Of a DNA stretch of 64,000 nt, positions 26,367 through 36,184 are shown piece by piece. The notes beneath the pieces were generated by a model. The model made no database searches. It had not been told where the DNA came from and was given only the letters and a program-made list of their open reading frames with translations. This DNA comes from Acidimicrobiia bacterium (GTDB taxonomy: Bacteria; Actinomycetota; Acidimicrobiia; Spongiisociales; Spongiisociaceae): contig WTGI01000009.1 in the NCBI GenBank assembly GCA_011523635.1, positions 16,781 through 80,780 on the forward strand. The letters are read 5' to 3'. The position numbers were made by a program, and so were the translations under genes. Position 1 is the first letter of the stretch. Each line of letters opens with the position of its first letter.

Positions 26367-27731
26367 ATGTCCGCACGGTCCTCCGGTTCACCGCATCCCT
26401 ACATCCCCGCCACGGAGGCAGATCGCGCCCGGATGCTGGAGCGGATCGGCGCCCCCGATGTGGGCGCGCTATTCGCCGACCTGCCCGCAGCGATGCGGGA
26501 TCCGGCGATCCACCTACCGTCCGCGCTACCGGAGCCGGAGTTGATCGCGTTGATGGAGGAACTCGCCGGCGCCAATGCTGACCCGTGGCGACCTGATTTT
26601 CTGGGCGCAGGAGCGTACCGGCGTTCCATCCCGGTTATCACCGCATTCCTGACCGGGCGTTCCGAGTTCGCCACCTCCTACACGCCGTACCAGCCGGAGA
26701 TCAGCCAGGGAACCCTGCAGGCTGCGTTCGAATACCAGTCGGTCGTCTGCGAGCTGACAGGGATGGACGTTTCCAACGCCGGGCTCTACGACGTAGCCAG
26801 CGCCACCGCCGAAGCCTGCCTGATGGCGGCCCGAGTCACGAAGCGGAGGACGGTAGCACTGCTCGAGCCGATCCATCCCGGAACCGCTGAAGTGGTCCGC
26901 ACGTACGCACGGGGCGCCGGGCTGGGCGTGGATGCTGTCCCGTCGCCCGATGCGATCGGTGAGGAGCACGCCTGCCTGGTGGCCCAGCAGCCGGATTTCC
27001 TCGGGACCATCGTGGATCTCGAACCGCTTGCCGACGCCGCCCATGGCGTGGGTGCGCTGTTCGTGGCCGTCGCCGATCCGTTCGCTCTGGGCCTGCTGCG
27101 CGCGCCGGGTGATGCCGGCGCCGACATCGTGACCGGCGAGGGCCGTGATCTGGCGGGCCCTCCCAACTACGGCGGGCCCTCCCTCGGGTTGTTCGCGGCG
27201 CGCACCAAGTACCTGAGGCAGATGCCCGGCCGCATCGTCGGGCGTACCCGGGAGCTCGCTGACGGAAACGGCAGGGGAGAACAGCGCACCGGATACGTGC
27301 TCACGCTGCAGGCCCGCGAGCAGTTCATCCGGAGGGAGCGGGCCACGTCGAATGTCTCCACCGCTCAGGCCCTGATAGCGGTTGCCTTCACCATCACCGT
27401 CCAGGCGCTCGGCCCGATGGGAATGCGCGAATCCGCAGTGCTCTGCTACCAGCGTGCCCACGACGCCGCCTCACGCATCGCGGCGCTGCCCGGCTACCAG
27501 ACACCCGACCGCGGGCCCTGGTTCCAGGAGTTCCTCGTTCGAGGGCCCGTCCCCGCCGGCGAACTCGCAGCCCAACTGGCGGCGCGCGGTATCGGAGCGG
27601 GTCTCGATGTGTCGGCCCGGCCGGAACCCGAAGCACGCGATGCCTTGCTGTTCGCGGTGACGGAGGCGACGCCCGATGCGCACGTGGACGCGTTGATCAG
27701 GGCGCTGGCGGAGATCGGGGGAGAGGAGTGA
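26367..27731 (+). CDS. gcvPA: glycine dehydrogenase (decarboxylating) subunit 1
   Basis: P-protein N-terminal half: GAGAYRRSIPVITAFLTGRSEFATSYTPYQPEISQGTLQA. Confidence 0.85.
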   Translation: MSARSSGSPHPYIPATEADRARMLERIGAPDVGALFADLPAAMRDPAIHLPSALPEPELIALMEELAGANADPWRPDFLGAGAYRRSIPVITAFLTGRSEFATSYTPYQPEISQGTLQAAFEYQSVVCELTGMDVSNAGLYDVASATAEACLMAARVTKRRTVALLEPIHPGTAEVVRTYARGAGLGVDAVPSPDAIGEEHACLVAQQPDFLGTIVDLEPLADAAHGVGALFVAVADPFALGLLRAPGDAGADIVTGEGRDLAGPPNYGGPSLGLFAARTKYLRQMPGRIVGRTRELADGNGRGEQRTGYVLTLQAREQFIRRERATSNVSTAQALIAVAFTITVQALGPMGMRESAVLCYQRAHDAASRIAALPGYQTPDRGPWFQEFLVRGPVPAGELAAQLAARGIGAGLDVSARPEPEARDALLFAVTEATPDAHVDALIRALAEIGGEE

Positions 27732-29206
27732 GCGGCTCCGGACCCGGCGTAGCGGACTTCGGAGCGCGCCTGAGCTTCGATCGCGGAGAACCGGGCCGCC
27801 GTGCGGTCGATGTGCCTTCGTGGGCGGGGGAGGAGGCTCCTCTTCCGGACGATCGTCTGCTGCGCGACTCCGTGCGGTTGCCAGAGCTAAGCCAGGGAGG
27901 GCTGGTCCGCTACTACACGGCCCTGTCAGTTCGGAACTTCGGGATCGACTCCGGTACGTACCCGCTGGGCTCCTGCACCATGAAGTACAACCCGAAGGTC
28001 AACGACACGATGGCGTCCCTTTTCGGGTTCGCACGAGCACATCCGCAGGCCCCGGCGGAGGACGTCCAGGGCACGCTGCGTATCCAGTTGGAGTTGGGTC
28101 GTGGTCTGGGCGAGCTCACCGGCCTACCAAATGTCAGTTTCTCTCCCGCGGCGGGTGCGCACGGAGAGCTGGCAGGTGTTCTCATGGTGGCCAGCGCCCT
28201 CGATGATCGGGGAGAGCTCGAGACCCGCCGCCGCATCCTCGTTCCGGATTCGGCCCACGGCACCAACCCGGCGACGGCCACCATGGCCGGATTCAAGGTC
28301 ACCCAGATCCCGACCGGCGCCGACGGCTCGCTCGACCGGGCCACGATCGAGCGAGAACTCGACGAGACGGTGGCGGCCGTCATGGTCACCGCGCCCAATA
28401 CCCTCGGGTTGTGGGAGCGCGGCATCGAGGAGGTCGCCGGACTCATCCACGACGCCGGCGGGTACCTGTACGGCGACGGAGCGAACTTCAACGCGATCAT
28501 GGGCCGCGTGCGCTTCGGAGACCTGGGCTTCGATGTCGTCCACCTCAACCTCCACAAGAGCTTCAGCACCCCCCACGGTGGCGGAGGTCCGGGCGCCGGA
28601 CCCGTGTTGTGCTCCGAGGAACTGGCCCCATACCTGCCCACGCCGGTGGTGGAGGAAAGCGATGACGGTCTGGTACGCCTGGTCGCGCCCGAGCGCAGCA
28701 TCGGCCGGCTCCAGCAGTTCCAGGGCAACGCCGCCGTCCTGGTCCGGGCCTATGCGTACATGCGGGCCTTGGGGCTCGACGGCCTGCGCGCCGCCTCCGG
28801 CCAGGCCGTGCTCAACGCCAACTACGTGCGCGCTCTGCTCCATGGTCACTACGACCTGCCGTACGACCGCCCGGTGCTGCATGAGGTGGTCTTCTCCGGC
28901 TCCCGCCAGCGCCGGGAGCTCGGGGTGCGAACCTACGACATCGCCAAGCGCCTGATCGACCATGGTTTCCACCCGCCGACCGTCTACTTCCCGTTGATCG
29001 TCGAAGAGGCCCTGATGATCGAGCCCACCGAATCCGAGCCTCCCGAGGCCATCGAAGCGCTGGTCGAAGCCCTCATCTCGGTGGCGGAGGAGGCCGAGAG
29101 CGATCCCGACACGCTGCACCACGCGCCCTGGACCGCACCCATAGGCCGCCTCGACGAGGCCACCGCCGCCCGCCGCCCCGTACTCCGCTGGCAGGACGGC
29201 TCGTAG
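27728..29206 (+). CDS. gcvPB: glycine dehydrogenase (decarboxylating) subunit 2
   Basis: HLNLHKSFSTPHGGGGPGAGPV PLP-lysine region. 4-nt overlap with gcvPA. Confidence 0.85.
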   Translation: MSGSGPGVADFGARLSFDRGEPGRRAVDVPSWAGEEAPLPDDRLLRDSVRLPELSQGGLVRYYTALSVRNFGIDSGTYPLGSCTMKYNPKVNDTMASLFGFARAHPQAPAEDVQGTLRIQLELGRGLGELTGLPNVSFSPAAGAHGELAGVLMVASALDDRGELETRRRILVPDSAHGTNPATATMAGFKVTQIPTGADGSLDRATIERELDETVAAVMVTAPNTLGLWERGIEEVAGLIHDAGGYLYGDGANFNAIMGRVRFGDLGFDVVHLNLHKSFSTPHGGGGPGAGPVLCSEELAPYLPTPVVEESDDGLVRLVAPERSIGRLQQFQGNAAVLVRAYAYMRALGLDGLRAASGQAVLNANYVRALLHGHYDLPYDRPVLHEVVFSGSRQRRELGVRTYDIAKRLIDHGFHPPTVYFPLIVEEALMIEPTESEPPEAIEALVEALISVAEEAESDPDTLHHAPWTAPIGRLDEATAARRPVLRWQDGS

Positions 29207-29290
29207 GATCCCATTTCAGGCTGTTCCAAAGTCAGACGTCGGAACAGCCCTCCGCGAAGGCGGCGCTTCGCGACTGTGTAGCCTGGGAGC

Positions 29291-30913
29291 GTGTTCGAGC
29301 ACCCGATCCGATGGGAGTCCCGACGCTCGCCGATCCTGTCGACGAGGGGTGTGGTGGCCTCGAGCCAGCCGCTGGCCACCCTGGCCGGTGTCTCGGCGCT
29401 GCAGTCGGGCGGCAATGCGGCCGACGCCGCCGTTGCGACCGCCGCGGCGCTGGCGGTGGTCGAACCGGGTTCCACGGGCATCGGCGGTGACTGCTTCTCC
29501 CTCTTCTATGACGCCGGCCGAGGCGTGGTCGATGCCGTCAACGGCAGCGGACGAAGCCCCAAGGCTCTGACACCGGAAATGGCCGGGGGACCGGCCGGCT
29601 TCGATCCCCAGGGACCCCACGCGGTGACGGTGCCCGGCACGGTCGCAGGCTGGGTGGACACCGTGGAGCGCTTCGGGCGAATGTCGATGGCTGAGGTGCT
29701 GGCGCCGGCCATCGCGCTGGCCGAGCACGGGTTTCCGGTGACGCCCATAATCAGCGCCGGCTGGGAGGGGCAAGAAGATCTCTTGAGGGCCAAGGGACCT
29801 GCCGGCCACGATCTGCTGGTGGACGGCCGTGCTCCCAGGCCAGGGGAGGTGTGGAGAAACGCGTCGATCGCCCGGGTGATGCGCGCCGTGGCGGAGGGCG
29901 GCGCCGATGCCTTCTATAGCGGGTGGCCGGCGCGGGCCATCGTCGAGGCTGTGCAGCTGAACGGCGGCTGCATGACGGCCGACGATCTCCGAGATCACCG
30001 TTCATCCTTCGACAACCCGATCTCAACCACCTACCGTGGCTACACCGTCTACGAGTGTCCTCCCAACGGCCAAGGCATCACCGCGCTAATGGCTCTGAAC
30101 ATCCTGGAGGGATTCGACATCCCTTCGACCCGACCGAGGTCGCCGGAAGCGTTGCACCCGACCATCGAGGCGATCCGCCTGGCCTTCGCCGACGCCCGGG
30201 CCTACGTCGCGGATCCCACCCGCTCCCGCGTCCCCGTCGCCGCCATGCTCAGCAAACGGTACGCGGCGAAGCGTCGCCGGCTCATCTCCTACGAGGGCGC
30301 CATCGAGTTCGCAACCGCCGGACACCTGCCGGGCGGCTCCGACACCGTCTACCTATGCACGGTCGACGGAGAGGGGAACGCATGCTCCTTCATCAACAGC
30401 AACTATCACGGCTTCGGAAGCGGCATCGTGCCCCGTAGCTGCGGATTCAGCCTCCAGAACCGCGGTGCCGGGTTCGTCCTCGAAGCGGACCACCCCAATA
30501 CCCTGGAGGGCGGGAAGCGCCCCTACCACACCATCATCCCCGCCATGCTCACCCGGTCCGACGGGTCGCTCGTGGGGCCATTCGGGGTGATGGGCGGGTG
30601 GAACCAGCCCCAGGGACATGTCCAGGCGGTGATCAATCTGGTGGACCGCGGCATGGATCCCCAGAGTGCCATAGACGAGCCTCGCTTCTCGATCTACGAC
30701 GACCCGCCCAATGGTCCTATCTGGGTTGAGGACACCATTGACGAGGGCACGATCAGCGCCTTGGCCCGACTCGGGCATCCCGTCCGTCCCGCTTCGGGCG
30801 CCCTCAGAACAAGGGTGGTAGGCCAAGGGCAGATCATCGTGCGCGACCCGGACACCGGCGTCCTCTGGGGCGGCTCAGATCCCAGGGGCGACGGCTGCGC
30901 CATCGGTCTCTGA
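29291..30913 (+). CDS. ggt: gamma-glutamyltransferase
   Basis: GSTGIGGDCF, TVYLCTVDGEGNACSFINSNYHGFGSGIVP (autoprocessing Thr region), GGWNQPQGHVQ. Confidence 0.8.
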   Translation: MFEHPIRWESRRSPILSTRGVVASSQPLATLAGVSALQSGGNAADAAVATAAALAVVEPGSTGIGGDCFSLFYDAGRGVVDAVNGSGRSPKALTPEMAGGPAGFDPQGPHAVTVPGTVAGWVDTVERFGRMSMAEVLAPAIALAEHGFPVTPIISAGWEGQEDLLRAKGPAGHDLLVDGRAPRPGEVWRNASIARVMRAVAEGGADAFYSGWPARAIVEAVQLNGGCMTADDLRDHRSSFDNPISTTYRGYTVYECPPNGQGITALMALNILEGFDIPSTRPRSPEALHPTIEAIRLAFADARAYVADPTRSRVPVAAMLSKRYAAKRRRLISYEGAIEFATAGHLPGGSDTVYLCTVDGEGNACSFINSNYHGFGSGIVPRSCGFSLQNRGAGFVLEADHPNTLEGGKRPYHTIIPAMLTRSDGSLVGPFGVMGGWNQPQGHVQAVINLVDRGMDPQSAIDEPRFSIYDDPPNGPIWVEDTIDEGTISALARLGHPVRPASGALRTRVVGQGQIIVRDPDTGVLWGGSDPRGDGCAIGL

Positions 30914-30929
30914 TCCCTCTACTTCTCTA

Positions 30930-31631
30930 TCACCTGCGATGAGGCTGCGGGCGTTCGTCCAGCGTCAGATCGGTCAGCGCAGTGAGGGGTGCCGGGACGC
31001 CGGAGCCGGACTCCAGGTCTGCCGACGGGGTTGCCCGGCCGAAACGGGTCGTGATCGGTACCGTCCCCGCCCACCAGGGGCCTTCGATGTCCTCAGGATC
31101 GTCGATCGGATCCCCGGTTCTCACCTTGGCTGACGCTTCCACCAGAGGGAGTTCCAGGACCAGGGTCTTGCGCAGCTCGGACTGTGACGGTGGGCGGACA
31201 TCGTCCCAGTGCGCTACTACGTGGTCGGTGATGAGCCTGAGCGCTTCGAGCTTCCGCCGATCGTCGCGGATCCGACGACCGCGGCCCCGCACCACCACCG
31301 AGCGGTAGTTCATCGAGTTGTGGAAGGGGGAGCGGGCCATCACGAGCCCGTCGAGGTGCGTCACGGTGGCGCAAATCTCCTGCTCTTCACCAGAACTGAG
31401 GAGGTGATTGGCGATGGCCCCGTGCAGGTAGAGCATTTCGTCGTCGCGGCCGTAAGCCATCGGGAGAACGAGGGGTCCGTCAGGTGTGGAAACACCGACA
31501 TGGGCTATGACGCCGGCGTCCAGAATCTCCAGCACATCTACCCGGTCGTAGCGGGCCCGATCCCGACCACGGCGCACCCTCGTGCGGGCAGACGGCGGCG
31601 TATGGCTGTGCTGAGGCGCAAGGTCGTCCAT
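30930..31631 (-). CDS. pyridoxamine 5'-phosphate oxidase-like (FMN/F420-binding split-barrel) family protein
   Basis: PNPOx-like N-terminal pattern (VLEILDAGVIAHVGVSTPDGPLVLPMAYGRDDEMLYLHG). Confidence 0.5.
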   Translation of the reverse strand: MDDLAPQHSHTPPSARTRVRRGRDRARYDRVDVLEILDAGVIAHVGVSTPDGPLVLPMAYGRDDEMLYLHGAIANHLLSSGEEQEICATVTHLDGLVMARSPFHNSMNYRSVVVRGRGRRIRDDRRKLEALRLITDHVVAHWDDVRPPSQSELRKTLVLELPLVEASAKVRTGDPIDDPEDIEGPWWAGTVPITTRFGRATPSADLESGSGVPAPLTALTDLTLDERPQPHRR

Positions 31632-31763
31632 GGCCGGGGGAGGGTAGCGTCCCCGCCTGAGTAGTCGCTTGCCGCCGGAGGGTGTCAGGATTGCCCGGCC
31701 CTTGCGCCCGCTCGAGAAGTGCTAGACTAAGTCTTGTGGACTAAGTTGGTTGGGAGACACCAT

Positions 31764-32009
31764 ATGCAAACCGTCAACATGCATGAAGCCAAGACCCACC
31801 TGTCGCGGCTCGTGGCGGCCGCGGCGAATGGCGAGCCATTCGTTATCGCACGGGCCGGGACCCCTCTGGTCAAGGTGATAGCGGTCGACGCTCCGGCGCC
31901 TGGACCAAAGCGGCGTGTGGGGTTCCTAGAGGGCCGGTTCTCCGTACCCGATGACTTTGATCGCATGGGCGCCGGGGAGATAGCGGGCCTGTTCGAATCT
32001 GACGCGTGA
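31764..32009 (+). CDS. type II toxin-antitoxin system Phd/YefM family antitoxin
   Basis: MQTVNMHEAKTHLSRLVAAAANGEPFVIARAGTPLVKV. 4-nt overlap with the downstream PIN gene. Confidence 0.7.
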   Translation: MQTVNMHEAKTHLSRLVAAAANGEPFVIARAGTPLVKVIAVDAPAPGPKRRVGFLEGRFSVPDDFDRMGAGEIAGLFESDA

Positions 32010-32392
32010 GCCTGCTACTCGATACGCACATCCTGCTGTGGGTGGCGGGTGAGCCCGACCGGCTGCCCGAACAAGTGCGTTTTGTGGTCGAGAACCCGGG
32101 CACTGAGGTCCTTTACAGTGCGGCGTCACTGTGGGAGATTGCCATCAAGAGCGGCCTGGGCCGGACCGACTTTGCGGTGGATCCGCGTGTGCTGCGCCGA
32201 GGTCTGCTAGAGAACGGCTACACGGAGTTGCCGGTAACCGGCACCCATGCGGTTGCGGTCGACTTGCTTCCTCCCATCCACAGAGACCCCTTTGATCGCA
32301 TGCTGGTGGCCCAGGCACAGATCGAAGGAATAACGCTACTGACCGCGGACGCCACCCTAGGGCTCTACCAGGGCCCCATCGAGGTCATCTAG
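32006..32392 (+). CDS. vapC: type II toxin-antitoxin system VapC family toxin (PIN domain)
   Basis: LLLDTHILLW...SAASLWEIAIK...LLTAD with PIN acidic residues. 128 aa. Confidence 0.75.
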   Translation: MSLLLDTHILLWVAGEPDRLPEQVRFVVENPGTEVLYSAASLWEIAIKSGLGRTDFAVDPRVLRRGLLENGYTELPVTGTHAVAVDLLPPIHRDPFDRMLVAQAQIEGITLLTADATLGLYQGPIEVI

Positions 32393-32425
32393 CAGGCCGA
32401 GTCCAACCGTCGGAGCGGGCCAGGC

Positions 32426-33262
32426 TCAGAGGGTCTGCCGGACCTTGTCGGCCCCGTGGAACAGGATGTCGCGCACCGCATCCGAGGCCTTGCTGTGGAA
32501 CTTCACCGTTTCCGGGTCGAAGTCCCTGGTGGGCCGAGGAGTGTGGGTGAAGTGCCGGTAGGTGTCCTGGCCGCGGACCAGGGCCGCGCTGTCCCAGTCG
32601 CCGATGATCTGGCGAGTTCTGGTCGGCATGTAGTGGAACGAGACCCCGATCCGGCGGTCGCCGGACGTGTTGGGGGAGGAGGCATGAGCCAGCCGGCCGT
32701 TGTGCATGGAAATCTCGCCGGGCCGTAACGGCATCGTGACGGTGTCGGCCTCGTCGACCTCCACCGTTATCTCCTGGCCGCGGGTCAGCATGTTGTCCTC
32801 TTGGAACGTGTCGCTGTGAGGCATGAACTCACCCCGGTGGCTTCCCGGCAGAACGCTCATGCAGCCGCTCTCGGGTGTGGCGGGCGACAATGCCAGCCAC
32901 ACCGTGATCAGGTCGTCGGTGTCCAGCCCCCAGTAGTTGAGGTCCTGATGCCAGGACACGTAGGACTTGGTCTCGGGCTCCTTGATCCAGAACAGAGTGT
33001 TCCAGCACAGGATGTTCTCGCCGATCAGGTCCTCGACCGCGTCGAGAACGGTGCCATCACGCATCAACTCGTCGACCCAGCGGAACAGCAGGTGGCACTT
33101 GTTGCGAAGGGCCCCGGATACCGGACCGCCCTGTTCGGATTCGAACTGTTCAAGCGTCCGCCGGTAGCCGGCCGCACGGGTCGCATCCATCACCCGGACC
33201 GGGCAGATGTACCCGTCTTGCCGGTACTGAGCAACCTCCTCGGCATTCAGGCGTTTGAGCAT
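32426..33262 (-). CDS. phytanoyl-CoA dioxygenase (PhyH) family Fe(II)/2OG oxygenase
   Basis: WHQDLNYWG...GSHRGE...MHNGRLAHASSPN (His-x-Asp...His facial triad). The start is probably MLKRLNAEE. The track extension to 33475 is GC-rich and non-coding-looking. Confidence 0.65.
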   Translation of the reverse strand: MLKRLNAEEVAQYRQDGYICPVRVMDATRAAGYRRTLEQFESEQGGPVSGALRNKCHLLFRWVDELMRDGTVLDAVEDLIGENILCWNTLFWIKEPETKSYVSWHQDLNYWGLDTDDLITVWLALSPATPESGCMSVLPGSHRGEFMPHSDTFQEDNMLTRGQEITVEVDEADTVTMPLRPGEISMHNGRLAHASSPNTSGDRRIGVSFHYMPTRTRQIIGDWDSAALVRGQDTYRHFTHTPRPTRDFDPETVKFHSKASDAVRDILFHGADKVRQTL

Positions 33263-33361
33263 CACACTTCCCCTCGGTAACCGCGCGCCCGAGCCTAGCG
33301 ATGGCGTCTCCAGCGGTGTCCGGAGGGTTCCGTTCAAGCGCGGCGATATAAGCTCGGGAGC

Positions 33362-34777
33362 ATGCAGGCATCCGACGCGGTCCCCGGTAGCCAGACAACC
33401 GTGGAAGGCCCCGCCGAGTCCATCGTCAGGTCTGTCCGCGACGGCAGGCGGACCGCCCGCGAGGTGGTCGAGCATTACCTCGAGATCGCCGAAGCGAAGA
33501 ACCCGGACCTCAATGCCTTCACCGAACTCGACCGCGTCGGCGCGCTGCGGCAGGCCGATCTAGTCGACGCCGGATCCCGCGCCGGCTCGCTGGCGGGCGT
33601 CCCGATCGCCCTCAAGGACCTGATCGATCATGCCGGGCATGTGACGACCGCCGGGTCGGGCTTCTACCGCCACGAGGCTGAGGTGTCGGCCCCGGTTGTC
33701 AAACGCTTGGAGGCCGCGGGGGCGATCATCATGGGCCGGACCGGGCTGGACGAGTTCGCGTACGGAGGCACCTCCGAAAATCCCTGGTTCGGGGTGGTTC
33801 GCAACCCTTGGGACCGCACGCTGTCGCCGGGCGGGTCGTCCGGGGGGTCGGCCGCGGCTGTCGCGGCGGGGATGGCCCCGGCCGGCATCGGCACGGACAC
33901 CGGAGGTTCGGTACGGGTGCCGGCCGCCATGTGCGGCGTGGTCGGCCTCAAGGTGACCCACGGCCGCGTCCCGCTCACCGGGGTGTTCCCGTACGCCGGA
34001 TCGATGGACACCGTGGGACCGCTGGCCACCAGCTGTGCCGACGCTCGCCTCATGTACAGGGCGATGAAGGGGTTCGACCGGAGCGACCCCTGGTCCGACC
34101 CCAGGGATCTGCCCGGCCGCAGGCTCCGCTCCCTCAACCGGGTCCGGGTTGCCTTGCCCGTAGGCTGGCTCGAGTGGGTGCCGACATCGGATGAGATCAG
34201 GACCGCGTTCGAAACGTTCTGCGACCGGCTCGGGGAGACCGGCACCGGGGTCGAACTGCTCCGGGATCCGGCTCTGGTCCCGGATCCGATCCGCATGGCG
34301 CTGTCCTCCGCCGAGGCAGCCGCCGTCCATCGGCAGTGGATCGACGACCCTGACAAGCCATACGGAGCCGAAGTGCGGGGGCGCGTCGAGACGGCGATCC
34401 AGACCACGACCGACGAATACGTGCGCGCTTTGCGATGGAAGGCCGGAATCATCCAGGCGGCGCGGAGGATTTTCTCCGAATACGACCTGATCCTGACGCC
34501 GACGGTCGGCCACAACCGCAAGACGATCGGGGTCGACGGAATCGTGGTAGGGGGTGAACGCCATTGGACCGGCGACGTCATGGGCGGCTTCACGTCCCCG
34601 GTCAACGTACTGGGCTGCCCGGCGATCTCCCTGCCCCTTGCCGACGAATGGACGCCGCCCCCAGCGGTGCAGTTGATCGCGCCCTGGTGGCAGGAGGAGC
34701 TCCTGCTCGACGTCGGGGAGTTCCTCGAACGGACCGGCCTCGTGGCTTGGAGACCTCCTCCTGACCCCACCCCATAG
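33362..34777 (+). CDS. amidase (amidase-signature family)
   Basis: GGSSGGSAAAVAAGMAPAGIGTDTGGSVRVPAAMCGVVGLKVTHGRV, the AS-family Ser-cisSer-Lys signature. Confidence 0.75.
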   Translation: MQASDAVPGSQTTVEGPAESIVRSVRDGRRTAREVVEHYLEIAEAKNPDLNAFTELDRVGALRQADLVDAGSRAGSLAGVPIALKDLIDHAGHVTTAGSGFYRHEAEVSAPVVKRLEAAGAIIMGRTGLDEFAYGGTSENPWFGVVRNPWDRTLSPGGSSGGSAAAVAAGMAPAGIGTDTGGSVRVPAAMCGVVGLKVTHGRVPLTGVFPYAGSMDTVGPLATSCADARLMYRAMKGFDRSDPWSDPRDLPGRRLRSLNRVRVALPVGWLEWVPTSDEIRTAFETFCDRLGETGTGVELLRDPALVPDPIRMALSSAEAAAVHRQWIDDPDKPYGAEVRGRVETAIQTTTDEYVRALRWKAGIIQAARRIFSEYDLILTPTVGHNRKTIGVDGIVVGGERHWTGDVMGGFTSPVNVLGCPAISLPLADEWTPPPAVQLIAPWWQEELLLDVGEFLERTGLVAWRPPPDPTP

Positions 34778-34908
34778 GCCAGCTTTACATAACGTGCATT
34801 ATGGGACATCCCGATCAGTTCCGGATGGCCATCTCTGAGCCCCCTACCTTGTCCAAGTCCACTACCGGTCCACTAATCCGGTTGACGCTCTCTTTACCGG
34901 ATGGTCGA

Positions 34909-36015
34909 TTAGTCGGTTGTGGAGTCAAGTCCGAATGCGGACTCGACTGTCCTGATCGTGTTTTCGTCCTTTAGCCTGCATGCCGTGATTTGTGAGGCGA
35001 AGAGGCCCTTCTCCCAGACCGCTTCTTCGATAGGCCGGGTGCCGAGCCACTCAACCGGTACGACCATCTCGGTCCGTTCCGGGTCGTCCGAGGCTGCGCG
35101 CTGCCACTTTTCGTCTCTCAGTTCCGGTTGATCGAGTAACGGCTGTAGGCCTCCGTTGATCTCGATTCTGGCATGGCGAGCGGGCGCCATCTCGCCGGTG
35201 ACTCGGCCTAGGCCGACATAGCCGGCGCCACCGACGTATGCGAAGACGCGCTTTCCGGGCGTGAGGTTGCGGAGTGGCTTCCAGTACCACGATCCACCGC
35301 CTGCGTTAAGGAGCCCGTACTTTCTGGCTATGGACCAGCGGTCGGGATACGGGTCCTCGACTCGGCCTAGGACGCAGTAGAAGTCCCGGCCGTTCCATGG
35401 CCTGCTCTTTCTTCGCGATGGTCGCTGGGTCGTGTCTCCGTCTGGTTGTGGATCGAGCAGCCATGTCCGGGCGAGGTAGTCACGGCCATCGTCGCTGAAG
35501 TGGCGGAAGAACACGGCGTTGATGGGCACGCCGTAGGACTCTGCGAGGAACTCGACGATGCGATCAGATGTCAGGTCGAGTTCGGACGCGATGATCGTGA
35601 ATTGCTGGTCGGCGTTAACCACATCCGGCAGCGGGCTGTCGAATCGCTCGGCGAAGGCCTCTCCGAGGTCGGTGTCGCCATCATGGTGGTCCAGGTAGAT
35701 CTGCTCCAGGTCCTCGACGCCTAGATCCTGTACCCAAGATCCGTAGTCGAGTGTTTGGGCGACAACGTCGCGAGGAGTCCGATCACGCTTTAGCTCGAGG
35801 ACATGGGCGCGACCGTCAGCATCTAGGGCCAGGAGATCAATGTATCCGCCATATCGGGTCCGCACCTGGCGCCCGACGACAAGCAGATCCATCCCGCACA
35901 TGCCGGGATCTTCAGCCAGCATATCCTCGAGACGCTGTTCCGAGTCGAGCGGTGATGACACCAGATGCCGAGGCCCCGCATCGGTCATCCTCCAGATCGC
36001 CATCTCGACAGCCAC
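34909..36015 (-). CDS. NucS-like (DUF91, PD-(D/E)xK) nuclease-domain protein with an uncharacterised C-terminal beta-rich domain
   Basis: N-terminal GRQVRTRYGGYIDLLALDADGRAHVLELKRDRTPRDVVAQTLDYGSW parallels the NucS C-terminal nuclease motif (GRQV..G.IDLL..D.dG..VV.ELKR...DVV.Q.L.Y..W). The C-terminal half (WYWKPLRNLTPGKRVFAYVGGAGYVGLGRVTGE) resembles a PUA/EVE-like fold. Confidence 0.45.
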   Translation of the reverse strand: MAVEMAIWRMTDAGPRHLVSSPLDSEQRLEDMLAEDPGMCGMDLLVVGRQVRTRYGGYIDLLALDADGRAHVLELKRDRTPRDVVAQTLDYGSWVQDLGVEDLEQIYLDHHDGDTDLGEAFAERFDSPLPDVVNADQQFTIIASELDLTSDRIVEFLAESYGVPINAVFFRHFSDDGRDYLARTWLLDPQPDGDTTQRPSRRKSRPWNGRDFYCVLGRVEDPYPDRWSIARKYGLLNAGGGSWYWKPLRNLTPGKRVFAYVGGAGYVGLGRVTGEMAPARHARIEINGGLQPLLDQPELRDEKWQRAASDDPERTEMVVPVEWLGTRPIEEAVWEKGLFASQITACRLKDENTIRTVESAFGLDSTTD

Positions 36016-36184
36016 TTGAATCCTCCTCTACACCGGAACCTACATGATGTCATGCGGCAGTGACACTCCCCCGAATCGAGGGGCCTTCTTGTTGAGCGGC
36101 GGCCCGAGGTTCTGATCGGGTCCGGTAACCGCGCCAGCGACACTAGGTGAGCGTGGCGGATGAGGAGATGGGTCGACGGGAGAA

